IMG/VR virus record: IMGVR_UViG_2061766007_004248
Length of the DNA stretch: 51,479 bases
Direction: 5' to 3' (one strand)
Source of the DNA: an uncultured virus (IMG/VR IMGVR_UViG_2061766007_004248)
Lineage: Duplodnaviria; Heunggongvirae; Uroviricota; Caudoviricetes
Part shown: positions 11,107 through 22,052 of the stretch, one piece after another
Layout of the letters: every line of letters begins with the position of its first letter
Numbering within the stretch: position 1 is the first letter of the stretch
The notes under the pieces: generated by a model
The model's input: the letters and a program-made list of their open reading frames with translations, nothing else
Database searches by the model: none
What the model was told of the DNA's origin: nothing
Translations under genes and position numbers: made by a program

Positions 11107-11633
11107 GGATTTATAAAATTCTTATTTGCATAGTACTCATCATAGATATAATATGTGCAGGTTTATTGGTATATGATGGGATTGGGTACTATAATAATGG
11201 CAAATGGGTTATGTTTCCATTGTTCAATATGAAGGAATACAAAGCTTATACGGATTCTTTTGATAATATTGAAGACGCACGTATGTATAGTGAACAACTA
11301 TATACAGAAAAGGAATTCTCTGCTATATCTGCGTTTGTTAATTGTATTATATCTATTTCTCTTTGTTGCTTACCAGTTTTACTCCTACTTCTTTTGTGGT
11401 TTAGAGTTATAGATAGACAAATAGTATTAAGTTCTATAGTGATTACAGCTATTTCGGTAGCAATAATTGTTTTTATAAGATCATATCTGAATGGTAGTTA
11501 TGGTGATGTGGTTGCAACAAGCTTTTTTCCTATAGCATATATAACTTTTACTGAGATCTCGGATTATGTACTAATTTGGATTTTTTTGTTGCTTCTGGTA
11601 TATTTATTAAGGGGAGAAAGACAGAAGGAGTGA
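11103..11633 (+). CDS. Membrane protein, candidate immunity protein for tip 2
   Basis: 176 aa with about 4 hydrophobic segments; overlaps the toxin stop; AT-rich. Confidence 0.65.
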   Translation: MRIYKILICIVLIIDIICAGLLVYDGIGYYNNGKWVMFPLFNMKEYKAYTDSFDNIEDARMYSEQLYTEKEFSAISAFVNCIISISLCCLPVLLLLLLWFRVIDRQIVLSSIVITAISVAIIVFIRSYLNGSYGDVVATSFFPIAYITFTEISDYVLIWIFLLLLVYLLRGERQKE

Positions 11634-11684
11634 GTGTGAGTAATGATATATTTAAACAGAGAGTAGTGAAGCTTAGCTACTAAC

Positions 11685-11870
11685 GTCTGAACAGTCAGAG
11701 CATCGTATTTCTCATCGATATAGATTGGTTGAAAGAGCTGTATCTGGCAACGCTTGAAGCCACGAAAAAATGGACGATGCCGATCCTTAATGTGCCTTTG
11801 GGCCCCCACCTAATCTTGATCATATCACGGAAGACCGCCATTTACAGTCTGCGAAAGAATTTCACACCGC
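11685..11870 (+). pseudogene. IS256-family transposase C-terminal remnant
   Basis: Translates to LKELYLATLEATKKWTMPI, resembling IS256 C-termini; degenerate. Confidence 0.5.
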
Positions 11871-12024
11871 CACTAAGATTGTATAAGATCCGCATAGCTT
11901 GTAGTTAGACATCTTTCACGGGCTGCTATAATATCACTTGCAAATGCTTCGATTCTCTCAAATGTGTTTCTACCGTTTCACATTAGAATACAGACCGCTA
12001 TTTGTGGGAAAGCANNNNNNNNNN

Positions 12025-12849
12025 TCGCTGGGCGAGATCAATCCCTTCAGGTATAGGGGGTATGTGTTCGATGATGAGACGCAGCTGTATTATCTGAGGA
12101 GTAGGTACTACAACCCGAACATATGCAGGTTCGTTAATGCGGANNNNNNNNNNCAAGATCCAGGAGACGGGCACCTCGCCGCTGATACAGACGGAGACGG
12201 AGTACACGTCTGACGGGAACTATGTGGTAAAGCAGAAGGACGCGCGCGGGAACACAGTGGAGAACACGCTGGACAGCAACGGCAAGGTGCTGAGCGTGAA
12301 GGACCCGGCTAACCAGGAGGTGGAGTATACCTACGATAGCTCGAACCGGGTGACGAAGGTAGAGACGGAGTATACCGTCGGCGGGGTAGACCGCACCAGC
12401 AAGAACGAGTATACGTACGAGAACGACAGGATCAAGACTGTAGCGCACAATACGGGCAGCGACAATACCAGCGACGTGAGGTACACGTTCAATTACGACG
12501 CGCTGGGGCGGAAGACGAGCGTGAGCGTGAGCAACGGGAGCAGCGGAGCCACTGAGCAGGTGCTGTCCACTAACGTATACAGTTCAGACAGGAAGAGCCT
12601 GCTTGATGAAGTACAGTACGGCAACGGCGGGAAAGTGAAGTACACGTATGACGAGTACGACCGTGTGACCGGGATCACCCACGACAGCGATACCGATCCG
12701 AAGTACCGGATCGATTACGACAGCAGGGGGCGCGCGGCGCGGGTAACGGACGCGGAGGGCGGAAGCGTCACGAACAGCTGGGACGCCACGCAGCGGCCTG
12801 TGGAGAGCGAGCAGCGTGACGGGAACGACGGACTCAGGTACCGGAACCT
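12025..12849 (+). other. Rhs core fragments (gapped)
   Basis: EINPFRYRGY...YYNP; YD repeats YTSDGNYV, YTYDSSNRV, YDALGRKT. Confidence 0.8.
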
Positions 12850-12859
12850 NNNNNNNNNN

Positions 12860-13478
12860 TAGAGATGAGTATAATCTTAGGGGTGATTGTAATAACACTT
12901 TTGCGTATTGTAAAAACTCCCCATTAGTGAATAGAGATGACAATGGCACTGCATCATTTAGTCAATTCAAAGATGAAGATGCAGACATGTCAAATGATTT
13001 CTTTGAGCCTGTCGGCGGATACTATGCTGGACTTTCTAGCTCTTTTTCGTATATAAATGCAGATTTCTACTATCCAGGGATTAATGCGTCTTATATTGCT
13101 TATAAGAATGCGATAAAATATGAAGCATTATACCTGAACAGTATATATAACATCAACAACTTTGCCACTACTGAAGAAGATTTAGGTGCAACAACTTATT
13201 ATCATGTAACTTCAAAAGAAGGCGCAACACAAATAATCTCGAGCTATAAAATAGTTGCAACAGAAATGGGGAATGGCTATGTTCACGTACTGGATCACAT
13301 TCCTTCTCTAAAAGAAGCAAGACTGCTTGGCTCAAGAAGTTATGAATCAATAGTCGCTTTTGAAAAGGAAACGGACATGTTTCTGAAAGATACTACTTGT
13401 ATAGTAAAAGGAGCTTGGTATTATAGCATCCCTGGGTCGATATCTATTGATAATCCGAGAGAGGTAAAGTTTAGATGA
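12860..13478 (+). CDS. Rhs C-terminal tip 3, putative HYD/HYE-type ADP-ribosyltransferase (5' end at gap)
   Basis: FAYCKNSPLVNRDDNG cleavage-like motif; YYHVTSKEGATQIISS resembles the Tox-ART-HYD1 signature. Confidence 0.6.
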
Positions 13479-14200
13479 GGACACTGGAGGTTTACTCTTT
13501 ACATGGTATTAGTATATGCCATAGTACGAGCATTGCATGCAGAGAAATATTCAACCCGATAACATATAGGTTTGAGATAGGTAGAGTATACTGCATAACA
13601 ACAAAGAACTATAATTCATTAGCACCTTGGGCATTGGCCTGTGCGCTTGGTGGTAGTATGGAAGGAGACTATCAGGGAAAGATTGTCATAGATGGAGTTC
13701 CCAATAATCAACATACTTTACGAAATGAGGCGTGTTTTGTTGCAGATGCCCGAGCACTGCTTCCAAAATATGATATAATTAATCAATTCAATATTTATAA
13801 TTACGATTATAGTAAGTTCTTAGTCAATTGCCATGATGATGATCACTTTGCAAGTGCAAAGGATCTTATTGAGCATGCTTTATCAAAGTCAAAATCCACA
13901 CTCTCTATTGAAGGTATAAAAGAAAAGTTTAGATTATCAGAAGAGCGTTTAACTAGAGATCTACGTTTTGTCAGTGGCGAGATTTGGCTGATCAGTATGG
14001 CTATAGGATATGCAGAAGGCCGTACGGTTTTCATTTTTCCGTTGATTGATTCAAAAAACGCAATAATTATGAATGGGTTTGATAGCTTAATAGAAGATTT
14101 AAAACAAGAGGGGAAAATGGTAATAATTCCGGTGATGAATATTAGGGATATACATATAAGGTATGATGATATAGTATATACAGGGATAGGAAACAGTTAA
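13475..14200 (+). CDS. Candidate immunity protein with degenerate ABC-ATPase-like fold
   Basis: Overlaps the tip 3 stop (ATGA); QGKIVIDG, F.LSEERLTR...VSGE.W..SMAIG.AEG; no intact Walker A. Confidence 0.55.
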   Translation: MRTLEVYSLHGISICHSTSIACREIFNPITYRFEIGRVYCITTKNYNSLAPWALACALGGSMEGDYQGKIVIDGVPNNQHTLRNEACFVADARALLPKYDIINQFNIYNYDYSKFLVNCHDDDHFASAKDLIEHALSKSKSTLSIEGIKEKFRLSEERLTRDLRFVSGEIWLISMAIGYAEGRTVFIFPLIDSKNAIIMNGFDSLIEDLKQEGKMVIIPVMNIRDIHIRYDDIVYTGIGNS

Positions 14201-14233
14201 TTAATCATGTGAAGAAAGTGATTNNNNNNNNNN

Positions 14234-15395
14234 GTGACAAGTACCTGTTCACTTACGGGAGCACGGACGCGGAGAAGAAGAGGCACCTGCCGCGAACGGC
14301 GACCACGCCCGAAGGCGTAAAGACGACGACCACGTACGACAGTTACGGGAACGCGCTGACGAGNNNNNNNNNNNNNNNNNNNNNNNNNNNNNNNNNNNNN
14401 NNNNNNNNNNNNNNNNNNNNNNNNNNNNNNNNNNTACAGTGGAGAACACGCTGGACACGAACGGCAAGGTGCTGAGCGTGAAGGACCCGGCGAACCAGGA
14501 GGTGGAGTATACCTACGACAGCTCGAACAGGGTAACGAAGGTAGAGACGGTATACCCCGTGGGCGGAGTCGACCGCACCAGCAAGAACGAGTACACGTAC
14601 GAGAACGACCGTATAAAGACCGTGGCGCACAACACCGCGAGCGACAACGCCAGCGACGTTAGGTACACGTTCAATTACGACGCCTTGGGGCGGAAGACGA
14701 GCGTGAGCGTGAGCAACGGGAGTAACGGGGCCACTGAGCAGGTGCTGTCCACTAACGTATACAGTAATGACCGCAAGAGCCTGCTGAACGAAGTGCAGTA
14801 CGGCAACGGCGGGAAAGTGAAGTACACGTATGACGAGTANNNNNNNNNNNNNNNNNNNNNNNNNNNNNNNNNNNNNNNNNNNNNNNCGATTCGAGAGGGC
14901 GCGCTGCGCGGGTGACGGACGCGGAGGGCGGAAGCGTCACCAACAGCTGGGACACGACGCAGCGGCCTGTGGAGAGCGAGCAGCGTGACGGGAGCGACGC
15001 GCTTAAGTACCGGAACCTGATCGAGTACGACAACAAGAGCCGGGTAAGCAAGTTCCATGAAGTTACGGGGAGCGGTACGCATAAGACGGAGTACCAGTNN
15101 NNNNNNNNTCGAGTACGACAACAAGAACCGAGTAAACAAGTTCCATGAAGTTACGGGGAGCGGTACGCATAAGACGGAGTACCAGTATGACAAGGACAAC
15201 CGGGTAAAGGCGCTGAGGTACGACGGGAGCAACAATTACCTGGTGAACTACACGTTCGACAAGCTTAACCGAATAACAGGCAGGAAGATAACGAACAGCG
15301 TCGAATACACATATGGAAAAATGCAGAGAGAGACAGGAAAAGCACCGCATGGAAATCATATACTGCCAGCGCATTTGTCAATACAGAGAACCTAA
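14234..15395 (+). pseudogene. Rhs core fragments; the last ends prematurely in unrelated AT-rich sequence
   Basis: YD repeats matching 12154-12849; core switches to AT-rich DNA at ~15310 with no RHS-associated core motif. Confidence 0.7.
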
Positions 15396-15466
15396 TGGGC
15401 ATTTTTTCGAAATAATGTAATGACGTAGAAGGGATTAGTTTTTAGACAATAGTTAGTGTTAAACAT

Positions 15467-16285
15467 ATGAATAAACATATCCTAAGTTGTTTTATCATAA
15501 GCGTAATAATTTGTTTGTTTGGAATCGTAGCATATTCTTTCAGCATTTCAACTTTGCTTGAAGAATATGATTCAGTGGAACCGTTTGTGCACGGCTATGC
15601 GTGTGTCGGGAAAGACGGGCGTTACGGCTTGATAAATGACGGATACGAACTTGTCGTGCCGGTGGAATATGATTGCATTAGAACTTTTGACATTATAGAT
15701 TATTATACTGACTATAGCTTTTGCGAAGTCGATCTGCCGTCCGGCACGGGGGCGTTTAACATCACTGATAGGAAACTGGTCGTTCCCTGTGAGTACAGCG
15801 CTGTGCATTATGAGGAATGTGAAGCGGGCGCGTATTTCATCGGGCGGCGTTATCCGTCGGCAGAGACGAATGACGGATGGTGGGAACTGAGCGATTACGA
15901 CGTGTATGACATGAATGGAAAATTGGTCTATCATACGACTGCATTCGATGTCAGTATATCGGACTATTATGCGGGAAATTTAAGGGAAGTGGTATCAAGC
16001 GAGGAACCGGGAAATGAAGAAATAATAATAAAGGAGATACCGCGCAACGCAGGGAACACCAAAAAGACCATTAGTGAAGAGGAGGCATGGCCTGTATACT
16101 CAGGCGAGACGGAAACGGCTTTGAGAGAAGCTCACGACGAAATATACGTGTTTTGTGAGAATAAGTATTATATCGCCGTCGATGGAGGCAAAGCTTGTTT
16201 TATCGACATAGATGGCAATATGGTTGAGAACACAAAAATCAGTTCCTTTGAGTACGAATGGGGGGATGCGATTTTGGTTAATGGG
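15467..16285 (+). CDS. WG-repeat membrane-anchored protein (3' end at gap), possible immunity protein
   Basis: N-terminal TM; EPFVHGYACVGKDGRYGLIN...VVPVEYD. Confidence 0.7.
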
Positions 16286-16531
16286 NNNNNNNNNNTTTGC
16301 ATGATTTTTTAGAATTACGATAAACAAAAAATGGACACAATAGCTGACAAAGCTTAGCAAACATGATAGAATACACTATCAGATACCTGTGTTCTGGGCG
16401 CTCACCATTATTCGAAAAAACGCGCAAAAAGGGGCTTGACGGTTATACGAAAGATGATGCTGCCCGCATGCTTGATAAGGAGCTAGATATGAGGCCTGGG
16501 CTTTACGCTGAGAGGTCTTTTTTTTCTATTA

Positions 16532-16560
16532 TTCAACTTTTCGCTGCCTAAACGTATCTA
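16532..16560 (+). promoter_or_regulatory. ECF-type promoter (likely autoregulatory)
   Basis: TTCAAC-N15-CGTATCTA directly upstream of the ECF sigma gene. Confidence 0.55.
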
Positions 16561-16586
16561 ACAGTATAGAAAGCGGAGGTGAGAGC

Positions 16587-17066
16587 TTGGACGGCGCTGA
16601 ATTTACCAGGCGCGTGCTTAAGGCAGAGCGCAAGCTCTACCGTATAGCATACTCTATACTTTGGAACGATCAGGACTGCTGTGACGCCGCGCAGGAGACC
16701 ATGGCAAAGGCGTGGCAATACAAGGACAAGCTTTACAGCGAAGCGTACTTTGACACGTGGCTGGTGCGCATACTGATCAACGAGTGCAGGAAGCTACTCA
16801 AGAAGCGCAGTGGGGATGTAAGTGAACTGGACGAGGACATCCCAGCACCGTCCCGAGACCGGGAACGAGATATTGACCTGGCTGACGCGCTTCTGAAGTT
16901 GCCTGAGAAATACCGCTTACCTACGCTTTTACACTATCTGGAAGGCTACAGCCTGAAGGAGATCGCGAGGATACTGAGGATTCCGGAGTCTAAAGTGAAA
17001 TCGCGGCTGCATCAGGCCAGGGGCAAGCTCAGAGACCTGCTTGGAGGTGAAGACTATGAAGCTTGA
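16587..17066 (+). CDS. ECF RNA polymerase sigma factor
   Basis: LYRIAYSIL..D..DAAQET, FDTWLVRILINEC, LP.KYR...GYSLKEIA.IL...VKSRLHQAR; TTG start with GGAGGTG RBS. Confidence 0.93.
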   Translation: MDGAEFTRRVLKAERKLYRIAYSILWNDQDCCDAAQETMAKAWQYKDKLYSEAYFDTWLVRILINECRKLLKKRSGDVSELDEDIPAPSRDRERDIDLADALLKLPEKYRLPTLLHYLEGYSLKEIARILRIPESKVKSRLHQARGKLRDLLGGEDYEA

Positions 17067-18225
17067 CAGGGCATTTAAGCCTACTCCCAGAGCTTTCCAT
17101 GATTCCATACTTATGGGGATACAGAAGGGGGAAAAGAAAGTGAAACTTATACATAAAATCAAGATAGTCACTGCCGTTGCCGCGCTGGCCGCGTGTGCGC
17201 TGCTGGTGGCGTTCGCAGCGGGAAACACAGGTACGCCCGCACAGCCCACGCCCACAGCGCAGACGCCGCTCACACAGACTGGAGATGATAACGCCGCGAT
17301 GGTATACTATACTGAAGGCGGCAAATTCTATCATAACGATGAGCACTGCTCAGGCTTGGAAAATGCTATTACGGCAAGACTGGAAGACGTCCTGGAAGAT
17401 GGCAAGCAGCCTTGTCCGATATGCGTTTTGCATAGCGCAGAAGGAAATGTCTTGCCCGACATCACCCCGGAAACGACAGCCATGGTACTGCCTACTCCCA
17501 CGCCGGAGCCTATGCGGGCAGGGGCGGAGACCGAAGAAGCGCACCTTGTATATTATACAGAACACGGCAAATGGTATCACTGGGATGAACATTGCCAGGG
17601 AATGGCAAATGCGAAACAAGGGGACGTAGGAGACGCTTTGGCAGCTGGCAAAAAAGCGTGTCCGGTCTGTGTTGGCATAGTTCTCGAAGGCCCCGATATT
17701 GCGGCCGTACTGGAAAACACTTTGCCGGGCTGTGAAGAATACCTGCGAGATCTTTTTCACACGCAACAGTATGACCTGGCACTGCAAAGCGAGACTGTGA
17801 CGAAAGATTATCATTCTTATGCCATACTGCTTGGAAACGTAAATATCGGCGAGTATCTTGACAATGGCTCCGAGAAACAGCTTTTGCTGTACCTCGACGA
17901 CGGATATCTTGAATGGATGGTCAATTCTTGCACAAGGTCAGGGCATGTGTCGGAAAACATATATGACAGCATGGCGAAGATGAAAGGTGTGCTCAACAGC
18001 GTGCTGTACGCGCTGGATGAGTCGGTGCCGGGATGCATGCCGAAGAACGAAGAATCGTTCGGACTTACCCAGTTGCTGATAATCTGGGACGATGACGAGA
18101 TCAGACGGGTCGAATATGTTTTTGACACTGTGGACGGCAGCGATTCGTATGAAGCGCGGTTTGACATAGATCCAGCTGATGATTGGAAGCTTACCAGAGT
18201 CACCATAATGCAAAACCACGCTTAA
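17056..18225 (+). CDS. Putative anti-sigma factor, single TM, with two extracellular H/C metal-binding repeats
   Basis: Overlaps the sigma stop; TM IVTAVAALAACALLVAFAA; two copies of YYTExGKxYHxDEHCxG...K.xCP.C. Confidence 0.7.
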   Translation: MKLDRAFKPTPRAFHDSILMGIQKGEKKVKLIHKIKIVTAVAALAACALLVAFAAGNTGTPAQPTPTAQTPLTQTGDDNAAMVYYTEGGKFYHNDEHCSGLENAITARLEDVLEDGKQPCPICVLHSAEGNVLPDITPETTAMVLPTPTPEPMRAGAETEEAHLVYYTEHGKWYHWDEHCQGMANAKQGDVGDALAAGKKACPVCVGIVLEGPDIAAVLENTLPGCEEYLRDLFHTQQYDLALQSETVTKDYHSYAILLGNVNIGEYLDNGSEKQLLLYLDDGYLEWMVNSCTRSGHVSENIYDSMAKMKGVLNSVLYALDESVPGCMPKNEESFGLTQLLIIWDDDEIRRVEYVFDTVDGSDSYEARFDIDPADDWKLTRVTIMQNHA

Positions 18226-18428
18226 GGCTGACTGTCAAAACAGATGAAATGGACTCTGCTTAATGAGCAGGGTCCTTTTCCTATGCGCGATGAAGCTGTC
18301 ATCCCAATGGATCCTAAAATCATGATCTTTTTGCAAATTCATTTATCCACCTTCAGCCGGTCGAATTCCATTGCGAAGTTGGTTGCAATTGGTAGTAACA
18401 GTTATTTACAACGCTCACNNNNNNNNNN

Positions 18429-20143
18429 GCAGGGAGATACGACCGCGTACGGGACGAACGCGACGACACCCTTGGTAGCGTCGATAACGCAGGGCAGCGG
18501 AGCGAACGCGTTCAACCTGGCGTACACGTATGATGACAGGGACAACATAACGAGTGAGACCCGGAACAGTGTAACGACTACCTATGAGTACGACAAGCTG
18601 GGTCAGCTCGTGAGGGTCAACGATAAGAACGACACAACAGGCGGCAGCACCGGCACCACGTGGATCTACGCGTATGACAGAGGCGGGAACATACTGAGCA
18701 AGACGGCGTACGCGTATACGACGGGNNNNNNNNNNTACGACCGCGTACGGGACGAACGCGACTACACCCTTGGTAGCGTCGATAACGCAGGGGAGCGGAG
18801 CGAACGCGTTCAACCTGGCATACACGTATGACAGCAGGGGCAACATAACGAGCGAGACCCGAAACGGGAACATTACCACTTACGAGTACGACGCCCTGGG
18901 TCAGCTCGTAAGGGTCAACGACAAGAACGACACCACGGGCGGCAGTACCGGCACCACGTGGATCTATGCCTACGACAGAGGCGGGAACATACTGAGCAAG
19001 TCGGCGTATGCTTATACAACGGAAGAGGTAGGCACGGCGGTAAGGACGTATACGTACGGGTACACGGACACCAACTGGAAAGACAAGCTCACGTCCTTTG
19101 ACAACAGCACAATAACGTATNNNNNNNNNNNNNNNNNNNNNNNNNNNNNNNNNNNNNNNNNNNNNNNNNNNNNNNNNNNNNNNNNNNNNNNNNNNNNNNN
19201 NNNNNNNNNNNNNNNNNNNNNNNNNNNNNNNNNNNNNNNNNNNNNNNNNNNNNNNNNNNNNNNNNNNNNNNNNNNNNNNNNNNNNNNNNNNNNNNNNNNA
19301 GCTTACCCCGAGAACTCAGATCCTGTTGTAAACGTGCTGCACTTCTACTACGACGCTCAGGGCAGGGCGGCGATGGTTAAGCACAACGGAGTGATGTACG
19401 GGTACGTGCACGACCTGCAGGGCGACGTGATCGGGATACTGGACAGTACGGGCAGCGTGGCGGTCGAGTACAAATACGATGCCTGGGGCAAACCGTTGAG
19501 CGTGACGGGGACGCTGGCCACGTCGCTGGGTGAGATCAATCCCTTCAGGTACAGAGGGTATGTATTCGATCAGGAAACTCAACTATACTATCTCAGAAGT
19601 AGGTACTATGATGCAGTCAGTTCCAGATTTGTTTCTGTCGATTCATTAACGTATGAGTCAAAAAATGACAAATCAACGTATTGTTATTGCTCAGATAATC
19701 CAGTAAACAGAGTGGATAAATATGGGCTGATCGATTTCGCTGATTTTGATGAAATACCTGACGATCTTATAAATGATTTAATTGGCACAGGATTAAGCGG
19801 CGGAGCACAGATACATAATCCGTATGGGCGTCTTGGAGGTCCGCTTCATAGATTCTTTGTCGAAAGGACAAGGAAGTTGTTAAAAGAATCAGGGCTTGAC
19901 AGTAAGGGAGAGTCAAAGGTTGTAGTAACGAATGAAAATGGAGCGAGTGTAACACGATATGCAGATGTTGGTGTTGGGCCAACGGATGATCCAATCTATT
20001 ATATTCAGATTGGAAAAATAACAGAGTCAGGTTTTCCGGTGGCTAGAGAAGTCCGGGCGATTATGGATATTATGAGAACAGAAAAGCCTGTGATTTTTAT
20101 TGCATATAATAAGCCAGGTTTTTACTTGATATATTGGCGGTAA
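18429..20143 (+). CDS. Rhs core fragments + C-terminal tip 4, putative restriction-endonuclease-fold nuclease (gapped)
   Basis: Core NPFRYRGY; PVNRVDKYG; tip NPYGRLGGPLH...E...RYADV...IQIGK...PVARE. Confidence 0.75.
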
Positions 20144-20184
20144 AACGAAAGGCTAGGCGTTGAATAGTTATTGGAGGAGAAAAC

Positions 20185-20670
20185 ATGGGAAGGCAGATAG
20201 CAATAGGCGCAACAAGAAACGATTTGCTGCCGGTGCTGGAACAGATATACGAACTGGGCTATACATTTTGGGGTTTCAATCAATGTGCCCCGTTAGCCGA
20301 TATGGAGTCCATCAAGGCGTATTTTCTGAAGAAAAACGGAGGACTGTATCTGACGATGCCGCAGTCGGAGATCAAATATATGAAAAACGGTTGGTTTAAT
20401 GAACTTTCCTCAGATGTGATCGAGATATGCGGCGGGTCGGAAGGCACGATGGGGTTCGAAAAAACGCCATGCTTCAACTGCGGAAGAGTATATATCGGGA
20501 CATACAGGTCAGACCATATTTTTGAAAAACAGCCTGAATTCATGGTGCAGGGATATAAAGAGATCTGTAATTTGGTGAGGAAGAACGCGGTCGAAAAACG
20601 TAAAAGAGGGACCGAAACGATATGGACTTATCCTGAAGCGAAGCAGATAATGGACAGGATAGGGTGGTGA
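20185..20670 (+). CDS. Candidate cytoplasmic immunity protein for tip 4
   Basis: 161 aa; GGAGGAG RBS; immediately downstream of the tip. Confidence 0.65.
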   Translation: MGRQIAIGATRNDLLPVLEQIYELGYTFWGFNQCAPLADMESIKAYFLKKNGGLYLTMPQSEIKYMKNGWFNELSSDVIEICGGSEGTMGFEKTPCFNCGRVYIGTYRSDHIFEKQPEFMVQGYKEICNLVRKNAVEKRKRGTETIWTYPEAKQIMDRIGW

Positions 20671-20789
20671 CACCAAGACTGGGTGATCCGCTTAGACTAT
20701 GACAGCAGGGGCAACATAACGAGCGAGACCCGGAACGGGAACATTACGACGTACGAGTANNNNNNNNNNNNNNNNNNNNNNNNNNNNNN

Positions 20790-21172
20790 TGCGTACGCCG
20801 TTGAAAATGAGCGCCAAAACCGACGAGTTTGAGCGCCGATTCCGTTGAAGTTGAGCTGGCTTTCCGCTGTATTTGAGCACGGTTTCCGTGCAAGTTGAAC
20901 GTGGACATTTTTCATTGGAGCGGTGTTATTCTCTCTGGTAGCACTCTCCTTGGAAAACCCAAAGCGATAAACCTCGGGTCTGGGCAGAGCCCAGCGAGCC
21001 GAAGGCTCTGAGAAGAACGCACTACTGTTGTGGGAATGGCAAATAGCCATCTGCTGACATGTTTTCATAATTTATTCAGCGTTGTTCAGCGGATGCGGCA
21101 ACCATGCTCAATCCATGCGGAACTGATGCTCAATTTGCCCGGTGGCGATGCTCACCTAACGCGGAATACTCA
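20790..21172. mobile_element. IS21-family-derived miniature element (383 bp, no transposase)
   Basis: TG...CA ends; inverted arrays of 22-bp-period TGAGC-N7-CCG-N7 repeats at both ends. Confidence 0.75.
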
Positions 21173-21480
21173 CATAATATAACTTCTATCGGCCAATGAT
21201 GGCTAGGTGATGAGCCACGAAAGAAATGGCAGCAGGGATGATTGGCCCATTTTCAAAGTTAAGGTTTCCCTTGCAGATTAACCACATCTACAACGCTGAG
21301 GAGATAATGGAATCACTATACTACGAGGATAATGAAAGAGTGCAGGAGGTAACACTTTTTCGTCTAATACTCGATTGTATCGTATTTCAGACGCTAGTAT
21401 AGATCATCCGGATTGGAAGAATGAAAATACTTCTGTCAACAGCTGACAGCGCTTCCTTGTGCCGTCCGGCNNNNNNNNNN

Positions 21481-22042
21481 TTTGAACAGCGTCTCCAACC
21501 AGGCGTAGTATTCATCAACTATCGGTTTGGAACGCTCCTGCCGCTGACGTCGTCGTTCGGCGTCAGGCAGGTTTTCGAATTCACGTTCCAGTTCAAACAG
21601 TCTTGAGCAGTATTCGAAGCCCTTGGCGGCCAGTGAGTTTTCTTTTGTCGCCTCTTTGGGCATGGCTTCGAGCCATCTTCGTCTCGCGTGCGCCCAGCAG
21701 CCGGCACGGGTGACCCTGCTTACCACATTGTACCCGCTGTAACCGTCAGCGACCAATACGCCGCTGAAGCCCTTGAGCACTTCCTCCGCGCACGCGCCTT
21801 TCCGGCTCGCCTCGTAGCGGAANNNNNNNNNNTCCGTCAGAGACCAGTACGCCGCTGAAGCCTTTGAGCACTTCCTCCGCGCACGCGCCTTTCCGGCTCG
21901 CCTCGTAGCGGAAGTATCTTATCTGTTTCTCCGAACGCTTGGATGATGCGTATGCCCATATGCGGGATTCATCAGTGGCGTCTCTTCCGGGTTCACGGTT
22001 CACCTGCAGTACTGTTTCATCCGCGTGTATCACTGACTGCTT
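21481..22042 (-). mobile_element. IS66-family transposase (TnpC) fragments
   Basis: IHADETVLQV, FSGVLVADGYSGY, AGCWAHARR. Confidence 0.9.
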
Positions 22043-22052
22043 NNNNNNNNNN

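Noticed and set aside
11872..11975. Minus-strand peptide RIEAFASDIIAARERCLTTSYADL resembling an MmeI-like methyltransferase tail
   Set aside because: Too short and degenerate to call
18244..18418. Possible new N-terminus fused to an Rhs core
   Set aside because: The fusion exists only by reading through an N gap
6944..19620. Near-identical Rhs copies as DGR template/variable repeats
   Set aside because: No reverse transcriptase in the window, and the differences look mostly synonymous rather than adenine-specific
20790..20900. 22-bp periodic repeats as a mini-CRISPR
   Set aside because: The period is too short, there are no spacers, and they are mirrored at the other end as in IS21 termini
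21173..21470. Possible gene remnant after the IS21-type element
   Set aside because: No sustained ORF or recognisable motif
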